DNA from: Clostridia bacterium
GTDB lineage: Bacteria > Bacillota > Clostridia > Christensenellales > CAG-138
Direction of reading: 5' to 3'
Assembly: GCA_017545535.1 (NCBI GenBank)
Contig: JAFWMS010000033.1
Coordinates: 41,889 to 105,888 of the forward strand
DNA: 64,000 nt
Shown: piece after piece, positions 9,146-16,713 of the stretch
Layout: each line of letters starts with the position of its first letter
Position numbering within the stretch: the stretch's first letter is position 1
Position numbers and translations under genes: made by a program
Notes under the pieces: generated by a model
Told to the model about the DNA's origin: nothing
Databases searched by the model: none
The model's input: only the letters and a program-made list of their open reading frames with translations

Positions 9146-9182
9146 TGGGGCCGTGAAGGGCAAATCAGGGCAAAAAAAGTAC

Positions 9183-9211
9183 TTGACATGCCTATTGCAC
9201 TGTACTATAAT
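9183..9211 (+). promoter_or_regulatory. sigma-A promoter (TTGACA-17-TATAAT)
   Basis: Perfect hexamers at 9183-9188 and 9206-9211. Confidence 0.65.
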
Positions 9212-9302
9212 ATCAAATTTTTGTATCAATATTTCCTTTGACAATCCCTCCCTGTCTGTGCTATACTTAATCCAACAAGAAGGGGAAGGAGGCGAGCTGC
9301 AC

Positions 9303-9776
9303 GTGTTTCAGGTGGGCGATCTGGTTTGCTATCCCATGCACGGCGTTGGGCGGGTGGAAGCGATCCAGGAGCAGAATGTTTTAGGTGAAACCAATCAGTA
9401 TTATCTGCTCCGTTTTCTCATGGGGCGGATGACGGCGTTGGTGCCGGTCAAAAACGCTCATACCGTGGGCTTGCGTCCTTTGATCGACGAGGGGACCTGC
9501 GGGAAGGTGGTCGAGTATCTCAAGTCCGGGGACTGCTCTACGGAGAGCGACAACTGGAACCAACGCTATAGGGAGAACCTCGACAAGCTCAAGCAGGGCG
9601 ACGCCCTTGTGGTGGCGGATGTGGTCAAGTGCCTCATGAAGCGGGATCAGGAGCGGGGCCTTTCCGCCGGAGAGCGGAAGATGTATCTTACCGCCCGTCA
9701 GGTTCTGGTGGCGGAGCTGTCCGCTTCCAGCGGTCGGGGCGAGGAGGAGTTTTTGCCCTTGGTAGGCGGGGCGTAA
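9303..9776 (+). CDS. carD: CarD/CdnL family transcriptional regulator
   Basis: GTG start 10 nt after GGAGG. N-terminus VFQVGDLVCYPMHGVGRVEAI matches the CarD_CdnL_TRCF domain. The track ORF from 9084 is an upstream extension across the promoter. Confidence 0.8.
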   Translation: MFQVGDLVCYPMHGVGRVEAIQEQNVLGETNQYYLLRFLMGRMTALVPVKNAHTVGLRPLIDEGTCGKVVEYLKSGDCSTESDNWNQRYRENLDKLKQGDALVVADVVKCLMKRDQERGLSAGERKMYLTARQVLVAELSASSGRGEEEFLPLVGGA

Positions 9777-9800
9777 AGCATAGCGAAAGGCAAGAGAGGG

Positions 9801-9827
9801 GTGCGGCGAAAAGCCGCATTTTCTTTT
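9801..9827 (+). terminator. rho-independent terminator
   Basis: TGCGGC-gaaaa-GCCGCA followed by TTTTCTTTT. Confidence 0.7.
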
Positions 9828-9837
9828 GAAATATTTC

Positions 9838-9866
9838 TTGACAGGCGAGGACCTTTCCCGTATAAT
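9838..9866 (+). promoter_or_regulatory. sigma-A promoter (TTGACA-17-TATAAT) for rpmH
   Basis: Perfect hexamers at 9838-9843 and 9861-9866. Confidence 0.65.
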
Positions 9867-9944
9867 GGAGCAGGTTCATTTTGGAGGATAGCGCGGTAAG
9901 CGCTTTTTCCATGAAGATATCATAAACTAAGTGAGGTGTATGGC

Positions 9945-10079
9945 ATGAAACGCACTTTCCAGCCGAAGAAACGGCAGCGGAGCATGGTCCATGGTTTTCG
10001 TAAACGCATGGCTACCAGCGATGGCCGCAATGTGTTGAAGCGCAGGCGCGCCAAAGGCCGCAAGAAGCTGAGCGCCTGA
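9945..10079 (+). CDS. rpmH: 50S ribosomal protein L34
   Basis: Not in the ORF track (44 aa). Translation [44 protein letters not shown] is canonical L34. Confidence 0.95.
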   Translation: MKRTFQPKKRQRSMVHGFRKRMATSDGRNVLKRRRAKGRKKLSA

Positions 10080-10217
10080 GCATATCAGAGCATCATCCAG
10101 AGGCGGAAGGCGGGGGCTTGGCTCCCGCGACGCGGCGGCATACGCCGCAGACTTTGTAGCGTTGCGGCAGGCTATGGCTTGCCGTGCGTTGCTATTTAGG
10201 GAACTTTTGATCGGCCT

Positions 10218-10586
10218 TTGAATCGGACATATTCCCTGAAACGGCATAAGGAGTTTCGATTTACCTATCGGACCGGCCGTCAGGTCGGCGGGGGAAGCTT
10301 CGTACTGGTGACGGCCCGGAACCGGAAGGGAAAGGTCCAGGTCGGTTTTTCCGTATCCAAAAAGATCGGGAACAGCGTCATGCGCAACCGGGCGAAGCGG
10401 CGGCTGAAGGCCTGCTTTTCACCCTTGCTCCCCCAGGTGAAGCCGGGATACAACCTGATCTTCATCGCCCGTTCGGAATCGCTGACGGCGCCGTTTTTGT
10501 CCATGCAAAAGAGCATGGTGTCCGCACTCAAGCGGGCGGGCGTTTTTGAAGAAGCGCCTAAGCCCATGGAGGTGCCGGCTCCGTGA
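10218..10586 (+). CDS. rnpA: ribonuclease P protein component
   Basis: TTG start. Basic 122-aa protein with [16 protein letters not shown] (RNR motif). Position after rpmH. Confidence 0.9.
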   Translation: MNRTYSLKRHKEFRFTYRTGRQVGGGSFVLVTARNRKGKVQVGFSVSKKIGNSVMRNRAKRRLKACFSPLLPQVKPGYNLIFIARSESLTAPFLSMQKSMVSALKRAGVFEEAPKPMEVPAP

Positions 10587-10792
10587 AAAAGTTCCTGCTG
10601 GCCCTGATCCGTTTGTATCAGAGGCATATTTCTCCCTGTTTTCCCGCCCACTGTCGCTTCACACCGACCTGCTCCCAGTATGCCTGGGAGGCGATCACGA
10701 AATACGGTGCCCTGAAGGGCACGGGCCTGGCCATCTGGCGGATCCTCCGCTGCAACCCCTTCTGCAAGGGCGGCTACGACCCCGTTCCCTAA
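10583..10792 (+). CDS. yidD: membrane protein insertion efficiency factor YidD
   Basis: 69 aa. Motifs [34 protein letters not shown] overlap with rnpA. Confidence 0.9.
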   Translation: MKKFLLALIRLYQRHISPCFPAHCRFTPTCSQYAWEAITKYGALKGTGLAIWRILRCNPFCKGGYDPVP

Positions 10793-10823
10793 CTGTCGGC
10801 ACAGGTTATAAAGGAGACCCACA

Positions 10824-11888
10824 TTGACTAACTCATTCGTTCTCACCAGGTGGCTGCTTAGCGGCATGCGGTGGCTGTACGAGACCATCCTCTCCGGCAC
10901 GGGGATGCAGGCCTCCTATGCCATCGTCCTCACCATCTTCATCTTCACCCTGGCCATCCGTTCCCTGTCCATCTTCAGCGATATCAAGTCCCGCAAGTCC
11001 TCCATGCAGATGCAGGAGATCCAGCCGGATATCGATCGCATCATGAAGAAGTATCAAAATGACCCCAAGCGGATGAACCAGGAGCGGAGCAAGCTCATGA
11101 AGGAGCGGGGCGTCAGCACCCTGTCCGGCTGCTTGCCGCTGCTCATCATGATGCCGCTGTTCTTCATGTTCATCAACGCCTTCCGCGCCTGGTCCAACGA
11201 GCAGATGCTTTCCCTGCTCCTCACCATGGACAAGGACCCCCAGGCCGGCGTCCAGCTTTTCAACCAGTACAAGTTCTTCTGGATCCTCAACATCTGGCGG
11301 CCCGACAACCTGACCAGCTCCGCCGTGCTCACCGGCGAGCAGTTCTGGCGTACCTTCGCCATGTCCAAGGCCACGTATATCGATAAGTTCATCTACTATA
11401 TCGAGCATCAGCAGGTGTTGGACGAGTTGCTGCTTCGGATGGGCTTCTTCGTGAAGGACGCTGCCGGCGCCCTGACCCTGGCAGAGGACAGCACCGCCTT
11501 TTTGGCTTCCTATGAAACCATCATGGGCCCCTGCATCGACGCCTACAAGGGCTATGTGAACGGCTACGCCATCCTGCCCATCCTGGCCGGCGCGACCTCG
11601 TTTTTGCTCTCCTGGGTGTCCATGCAGCAGCAGAACAAGAACAAGAAGGGCGACGACAGCAACAGCGCGGCATCCCAGGCGGCCGGCATGGGCAAAGGCA
11701 TGATGTACGTCATGCCCCTTATGTCCGTGTTCTTCTGCTGGCAGTATGACGCCACCTTCTCCGTCTACTGGATCATCAGCAACGTCATCGCCGTGTGCAT
11801 CAACTTCATCTTGAACAAAAAGCTTCCGGCCATCCTGGAACGGGACAAGCAGAAGCGGGAAGCTAAGCTGATAAAGGAGAGAAACTGA
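10824..11888 (+). CDS. yidC: YidC/Oxa1 family membrane insertase
   Basis: TTG start after AAGGAG. Conserved stretch MQEIQPDIDRIMKKYQNDPKRMNQERSKLMKERGVS..GCLPLLIMMP. Multi-pass membrane protein. Confidence 0.85.
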   Translation: MTNSFVLTRWLLSGMRWLYETILSGTGMQASYAIVLTIFIFTLAIRSLSIFSDIKSRKSSMQMQEIQPDIDRIMKKYQNDPKRMNQERSKLMKERGVSTLSGCLPLLIMMPLFFMFINAFRAWSNEQMLSLLLTMDKDPQAGVQLFNQYKFFWILNIWRPDNLTSSAVLTGEQFWRTFAMSKATYIDKFIYYIEHQQVLDELLLRMGFFVKDAAGALTLAEDSTAFLASYETIMGPCIDAYKGYVNGYAILPILAGATSFLLSWVSMQQQNKNKKGDDSNSAASQAAGMGKGMMYVMPLMSVFFCWQYDATFSVYWIISNVIAVCINFILNKKLPAILERDKQKREAKLIKERN

Positions 11889-11891
11889 TCC

Positions 11892-12707
11892 ATGAGAAGT
11901 ATGGAATTTTCCGGCAGGACCGTAGACGAAGCCATCTTCCACGGCCTGAATGAAATGGGTGTCACCATCGACCAGGTGGACATCATCACCGTCCAGAGCG
12001 AGAGCAAGGGCATCTTCGGCTTTGGCGCCCGCAACGCCATCGTGCGCCTGGTGGAGCGGGAGACCCCCGTGGTCCCCGATTTTACCGCCATCAACGAGGA
12101 GCGTCGGGAGCAGCGGGAGGAGCGCCGGGAGCGGCGCGACCGCAAGGAGGATCGGCGTGAGGGCCGGGGCCGCGGCGACAAGCGGTCCGACCGCCGCCGG
12201 GAGGAGAAGGTGGCCCCCGCCCCCGTGGAGGAGATCCCCTATTCTAAGGAATTGGCGGAGGAGCTGGATTCCGCCAAGTTCCTGCAGGAGCTCTTGAACA
12301 AGATGAACGTCAACGGCACCGTCTCCGCCTTCGAGAACGAGGAGGGGATCAAGCTCAAGATCGACTCCGATACCGACGGGCTGCTCATCGGCCGTCGGGG
12401 CGAGACGTTGGATGCGCTGCAGTACATCGTCTCCCTCTATGAGAACAAGGATCGGAAGGAGAACGGCTATAAGCGCATCTCCATCGATACCGAGGGCTAT
12501 CGGGCCCGCCGGGAGGACACCCTCCGCCGTCTCGCCCGTCGCAACGCCCTGAAGGTGGCCAAATCCGGCCGTTCCTTCGCCATGGAGCCCATGAATCCCT
12601 ATGAGCGCCGGGTCATCCACTCCGCGCTCCAGAGCTTTAGGGGCGTCACCACCCACTCCGAGGGAGAGGAGCCCAATCGCCGGGTCATCATCACCCCGGA
12701 AGAGTGA
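11892..12707 (+). CDS. jag: Jag/KhpB RNA-binding protein (Jag_N, KH, R3H)
   Basis: Jag_N-like N-terminus (GRTVDEAI), an Arg/Glu-rich linker, KH (LLIGRRGETLDALQYI) and R3H (MNPYERRVIHSAL). Confidence 0.85.
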   Translation: MRSMEFSGRTVDEAIFHGLNEMGVTIDQVDIITVQSESKGIFGFGARNAIVRLVERETPVVPDFTAINEERREQREERRERRDRKEDRREGRGRGDKRSDRRREEKVAPAPVEEIPYSKELAEELDSAKFLQELLNKMNVNGTVSAFENEEGIKLKIDSDTDGLLIGRRGETLDALQYIVSLYENKDRKENGYKRISIDTEGYRARREDTLRRLARRNALKVAKSGRSFAMEPMNPYERRVIHSALQSFRGVTTHSEGEEPNRRVIITPEE

Positions 12708-12714
12708 TGGGGCT

Positions 12715-12749
12715 GCACCTTTTTCTCTTCGGTGAAGAGAAAAAGGTGC
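12715..12749. repeat. perfect 16-bp-stem hairpin (GCACCTTTTTCTCTTC-ggt-GAAGAGAAAAAGGTGC)
   Basis: Read directly from the sequence. Starts 8 nt after the jag stop. No flanking U-run on either strand. Confidence 0.8.
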
Positions 12750-12819
12750 CCAAAAAGAGAAGCTTAAGATGGGAAAAGCATAATCGAAACCCGATCATTC
12801 CCCTTCTTAAAGTTCTTTT

Positions 12820-12849
12820 GGACACCTTTTCTTTCAAGAAAAGGTGTCC
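12820..12849. repeat. 12-bp-stem hairpin (GGACACCTTTTC-tttcaa-GAAAAGGTGTCC) related to the 12715 hairpin
   Basis: Shares the CACCTTTT(T)C / GAAAAGGTG arms with the first hairpin. Lies 34 nt upstream of the mnmE ATG. Confidence 0.75.
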
Positions 12850-12882
12850 GCTTTATTAAATTCCAAAAAAGAAGGCATTGCT

Positions 12883-14184
12883 ATGCAAGCAGACACCATC
12901 TACGCCCCCGCCACCGCCATCGGCGGAGCCATCGCCCTGATCCGGGTGTCGGGGCCCCTGTGCCCAAACATCGCCCGGGCCATGCTGGATCGGGACGTGA
13001 CCCAAACGCCCCGGATGTTCCGCTTTGTCCGCGTGATGGACGGGGAAAAGGTGCTGGACGACGGCATGGCCTGCTTCCTGCCGGGACCCGGGACCTACAC
13101 CGGGGAGAACATGCTGGAGCTCTCCTGCCATGGGGGCAGCCGGACTGTGGCCCGGTTGTTGGAACGGCTGTCTGCGGCCGACGCCCGGCCTGCGGAGCCG
13201 GGGGAGTTCACCAAGCGGGCCTTTTTGAACGGGAAGATGGACCTTTCCGAAGCCGAGGCTGTCATGGACGTGGTCTCCGCCCAGGCGGAGGAGAGCTTGA
13301 AGGCGGCCTTGGAACAGCTTCACGGAAAGCTGTCCAAGCGGATATATGGCATCGAAGAGCTGTTGATCGACAGCCTTTCCGCCATCGACGCGGCGGTGGA
13401 CTATCCCGACGAGGTGGAGGAGGATGTGTCCGCGACTCTGCCGGAGAGCCTGGATAGGGCGCAAGGGGAGATCGACGCCCTCATCGCCGAGGGGCGGCAG
13501 GGACGGGCCCTGCGGGAAGGGGTCTACGTGGCCCTGGTGGGCCGGCCCAACGTGGGCAAGAGCTCCCTGTTGAACGCCCTGCTGGGGGCGGATCGGGCCA
13601 TCGTCACGGACCTGCCCGGCACCACGAGGGACACCCTGGACGAGGAAACCAGCTTCTTTGGCGTGCCTGTGCGGCTGGTGGACACGGCGGGCATTCGGGA
13701 GAGCGGGGATCTGGTAGAGCAAATCGGCATCGACCGTGCCCGCGCCGCCCTGGATCGGGCGGACGTGGCGGTCCTGCTCCTGGACGGCACCCAGACCTTG
13801 ACGGAGGAGGACCAGCGGCTGCTGGCCCTTACGGCGGGGAAGAACCGTCTCGTCCTGCGCAGCAAGGGGGACCTGCTCCAAGCCCGGGACGACTTCGGCG
13901 AGCTTTCCGTCAGCGCCAAAACGGGCGAGGGCCTGGACGAGCTTAAGCGCCGCATCGTGGCCCTGTCAGGGGCCAGGGAGGGGGCGGCCATCACCAACGA
14001 GCGCCATATCAAAGCCCTGGAGAACGCCCGCGCGGCCCTGCTCCACGCCCGCACAGCGCATGAACTGACCCTCATCGCCACCGACGTCCGGGACGCCCTC
14101 CATCACCTGGGCGCCATCACCGGCCGGGACGTGGACGCCGATCTGATCGACCGCATCTTTTCCCGGTTTTGTGTAGGAAAATAA
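12883..14184 (+). CDS. mnmE: tRNA uridine-5-carboxymethylaminomethyl synthesis GTPase MnmE
   Basis: N-terminus DTIYAPATAIGGAIALIRVSG, G-domain GRPNVGKSSLLNAL / DTAG, C-terminal FCVGK. ATG at 12883 is preferred over the track start at 12844. Confidence 0.9.
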   Translation: MQADTIYAPATAIGGAIALIRVSGPLCPNIARAMLDRDVTQTPRMFRFVRVMDGEKVLDDGMACFLPGPGTYTGENMLELSCHGGSRTVARLLERLSAADARPAEPGEFTKRAFLNGKMDLSEAEAVMDVVSAQAEESLKAALEQLHGKLSKRIYGIEELLIDSLSAIDAAVDYPDEVEEDVSATLPESLDRAQGEIDALIAEGRQGRALREGVYVALVGRPNVGKSSLLNALLGADRAIVTDLPGTTRDTLDEETSFFGVPVRLVDTAGIRESGDLVEQIGIDRARAALDRADVAVLLLDGTQTLTEEDQRLLALTAGKNRLVLRSKGDLLQARDDFGELSVSAKTGEGLDELKRRIVALSGAREGAAITNERHIKALENARAALLHARTAHELTLIATDVRDALHHLGAITGRDVDADLIDRIFSRFCVGK

Positions 14185-14197
14185 CAAAAAACAAAGA

Positions 14198-14230
14198 CAG
14201 GGAGTCGTTCACTCGGGCTCCCTGCTTTCT
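14198..14230. terminator. bidirectional terminator
   Basis: CAGGGAG...CTCCCTG stem, with CTTTCT downstream on + and a T-run (revcomp of ACAAAAAACAAAG) downstream on -. Confidence 0.6.
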
Positions 14231-14748
14231 CATATGGCTTTGATCAGATCCTTAAGCAGTTTTATAGTATGATTCGTGCAGATCGAGTATATAGGTGTTA
14301 GTATGAAGAAAAAAACGATCGGTCCAAGTGTCAGAGAGAGCAACAGGAATAATAAATCCTTGTGTGTCCATATGACAGACAATGCACCGATACACCATAC
14401 TATCATAAACGGGAACAGAAAGCTGTCAGGGAAAAAACGATACTCGAAAGTACAACTGTCATTACCGGCACTGATAACCTTTCCGTGTAAAATCGGTTGG
14501 ATGCCATTGAACAAAACGCCGTTGGTTCTCCGATACCAGCCTAAACATTTGGACCATGGCTCTGCTATTTGAAAACGGAGTACAACTTTGTCGTTTTTTA
14601 TCGATCCGATCAGCGTTTCAGAATGAATACCCTTGATGGGGATTATAGACCGAGCCATGCTGCAGGGATAGACGTTATGCTGGAGCACCTGCAAAAACTG
14701 CTCCTTCGTACAAAGGATATTGATGGTGTATTTCTTGAACAGGATCAT
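14230..14748 (-). CDS. orphan low-GC membrane protein (about 110-aa soluble N-domain plus two C-terminal TM helices)
   Basis: The 172-aa ORF fills the whole AT-rich segment. TM helices FLFPFMIVWCIGALSVIW and LLLSLTLGPIVFFFILTPIY. No family recognised. Confidence 0.6.
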   Translation of the reverse strand: MILFKKYTINILCTKEQFLQVLQHNVYPCSMARSIIPIKGIHSETLIGSIKNDKVVLRFQIAEPWSKCLGWYRRTNGVLFNGIQPILHGKVISAGNDSCTFEYRFFPDSFLFPFMIVWCIGALSVIWTHKDLLFLLLSLTLGPIVFFFILTPIYSICTNHTIKLLKDLIKAI

Positions 14749-14752
14749 ATCC

Positions 14753-15013
14753 TTAATCCTCGTACTCCTCTGGCTTCATGGGCCCGTGGAAGGGATCCGC
14801 ATAGCCGTCCTCCTCCCGGTCCAGGAACTGGCGGTTCAACAGGACGGAGCGCAGCTGATCCGGGCTCAGAGGGCTTCCACCCTCGGGGGTGACGCAGGCA
14901 GAACAGGTATAGAAACATTCCGGGCAAACGCAGCCGCTCTCCACGCCCTGTTCCCGCTGGACCATATAGGTGCCGCACACCCGACAGCTGCAGCGCATAT
15001 CCATTCCCTCCAT
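14753..15013 (-). CDS. small Cys-rich zinc-ribbon protein with acidic C-terminal tail
   Basis: MEGMDMRCSCRVCGTYMV..GCVCPECFYTCSAC has CxxC pairs typical of zinc ribbons. Start ambiguous (15013, 15004 or 14998). The stop lies 4 nt before the start of the low-GC ORF. Confidence 0.5.
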   Translation of the reverse strand: MEGMDMRCSCRVCGTYMVQREQGVESGCVCPECFYTCSACVTPEGGSPLSPDQLRSVLLNRQFLDREEDGYADPFHGPMKPEEYED

Positions 15014-15084
15014 TTGCGTATCTTTTGTAAATTCAGTATACCACACCCTTTTCCCCGGCACAAGGAACATGATATACTGCCCTC

Positions 15085-15801
15085 ATGAAACGGACACTCA
15101 TGCTCCTGCTGGCCCTGGTGTGCCTGACCATCGGCGCGTCGGCCCTGGCGGAGGAAAAGGAAAGAGAGACCATCGCCCTTGGCAGCAAGGGCGAGTTGGT
15201 GGTGCGCGTCCAACAGCGGCTCATGGACCTGGGCTTCTACGCCTACAAGCCCACGGGTAGCTATCAGGCGGTGACCCGGCGGGCGGCCATGGCCTATGAA
15301 CGGGCTGCCAACGCCCGGCAGGACGGGCGCATCACGCCCCAGGAGCAGGACGAGCTTTTCTCTTCCCTGGCCGTTCGCGCTCCCTATACGGCCTATATCC
15401 CCCTGACCTTCACTGCCCAGACCACGCCCTTCGTGGTGACGGGGGAGCTGTGGGATTGGGCCGAGGTCAAAACGCAGCTGACGACAGGGGAAACCTATAC
15501 CGTGACCAACTGTGCCACGGGGGAGAGCTGCCAGATGGTCTACAGGGACGGGGAGAACCACGCTCATATGACCCCGGCGGCGGAGTATTCCAACCTTCAA
15601 ATGGTGAAGAAGTGGCTGGGGGAGAGCAACAGCTACTATAAGGTCGCTGTGACCGTAGACATCGGCGAAAGGAAGGTGGCCGCTTCCATGCAGTTCGACA
15701 ACGCCGCCGCCCACGTGTACTTCCAGGGCAGCACCTCCCATGTGCTGGGCATGGCGGACGTGGAGCACAACAGCCTGGTTAAGCGGGCGGCGGGCCGATA
15801 G
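15085..15801 (+). CDS. secreted protein with N-terminal peptidoglycan-binding (PG_binding_1-like) domain
   Basis: Signal peptide MKRTLMLLLALVCLTIGASALA. GSKGELVVRVQQRLMDLGFY..G.Y..T..A motif. C-terminal domain unassigned. Confidence 0.65.
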   Translation: MKRTLMLLLALVCLTIGASALAEEKERETIALGSKGELVVRVQQRLMDLGFYAYKPTGSYQAVTRRAAMAYERAANARQDGRITPQEQDELFSSLAVRAPYTAYIPLTFTAQTTPFVVTGELWDWAEVKTQLTTGETYTVTNCATGESCQMVYRDGENHAHMTPAAEYSNLQMVKKWLGESNSYYKVAVTVDIGERKVAASMQFDNAAAHVYFQGSTSHVLGMADVEHNSLVKRAAGR

Positions 15802-15802
15802 C

Positions 15803-16633
15803 CTATCGGGGCCGCCCCGCCATAATATGCAGATGGATCGTAACGGAATCAAGGGCAGCTGTGTTCAGCTGCTCCTTTTGTATGCCCTGGGTCATGGGCG
15901 TCATGGCCACCAGGTCCGCCGCCTGGGCGGGGGAAAGGGACCGGGTGCAGCAGAGCTCCCAGGAGCCCAGCATCTCGAAGTTGTCTTTGAACAGCTTCAC
16001 CACCCGCTCGTTGCTGTATGCTTCGTGGCGCAGCAGATCCTTCACCAGGGCTCGGACCTCGCATAGATACCGTTCCCCGGGCACCACCTTCAGCACCACG
16101 CCACCGGGCCGAAGCACTCGGCTGAACTCAGGGTAGTTGGCGGGGGAGAGGATGTTCACGATGGCAGTCATGCTGCTTGTTTGCAAGGGCAATCGGCTCA
16201 GGTCCCCCACCGCCCACAGCCAGCCGCCGCCACCCCGGGCCGCCCGCCGGATGCCGGGCCGGGACAGATCAAGACCGATGCAGGGTCGGGTCGCGGGCTC
16301 AGGCACCAGGGCCTTCAAAAAGCTTCCCTCGCCGCAGCCTGCGTCCAGGATGGGACCCTCCGGGGCGTAGGTATCCAGAAGCACTTTCAATCTTTCGATC
16401 GGCTCCCCGTAGAACCCGCCTGCGATGAACCGGCTCCGGCTGTCAAAGAGTGCGTCGTCATAGGCCCCCGCCTTGGCGGAGGGGCAGAAATCCGCGTACC
16501 CCTTCTTGGAGAGGGCGAAGTCGTGGCCCCCTTCGCAGCGCAGCGAGGTCTCCCCGGCCGTCAGCCGGCCGTGGCACAGGGGGCAGCGGAACAGGTCCGC
16601 CCGGGCAAGGATCGGTTTCATTCGTTCGTGCAT
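15803..16633 (-). CDS. rlmA: RlmA-type 23S rRNA (guanine-N1)-methyltransferase
   Basis: N-terminal Zn-finger FRCPLCHGRL...LRCEGGHDFALSKKGYADF and SAM motif ILDAGCGEG. Confidence 0.75.
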   Translation of the reverse strand: MHERMKPILARADLFRCPLCHGRLTAGETSLRCEGGHDFALSKKGYADFCPSAKAGAYDDALFDSRSRFIAGGFYGEPIERLKVLLDTYAPEGPILDAGCGEGSFLKALVPEPATRPCIGLDLSRPGIRRAARGGGGWLWAVGDLSRLPLQTSSMTAIVNILSPANYPEFSRVLRPGGVVLKVVPGERYLCEVRALVKDLLRHEAYSNERVVKLFKDNFEMLGSWELCCTRSLSPAQAADLVAMTPMTQGIQKEQLNTAALDSVTIHLHIMAGRPR

Positions 16634-16713
16634 GGCATCAGTATACTATGGGAACCGCCCAAAATCCAGCCCATCCGTTGACAAAAGGGGCCGGCCCTGC
16701 CCATAATAGGACT

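Noticed and set aside
9776-9945. oriC / DnaA-box cluster next to rpmH.
   Set aside because: I found no TTATCCACA/TGTGGATAA-like boxes and no AT-rich unwinding element by eye. The region is fully explained by the carD terminator and the rpmH promoter.
14753-15013. Calling the zinc-ribbon ORF the sporulation anti-sigma-G factor Gin/CsfB.
   Set aside because: Only the generic CxxC...CxxC spacing is shared. I cannot verify family membership without an HMM search, and the acidic C-terminal half does not resemble what I remember of Gin.
16450-16713. Upstream extensions of track ORFs: cca from 16450, carD from 9084, mnmE from 12844, pruA from 34259, ssnA from 52410, HAD from 37129, and the M48 gene from 36798.
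   Set aside because: The extensions are Arg/Pro/Gly-rich or cross promoters and terminators. Conserved N-termini preceded by good Shine-Dalgarno sequences lie at the internal starts reported in the feature list.
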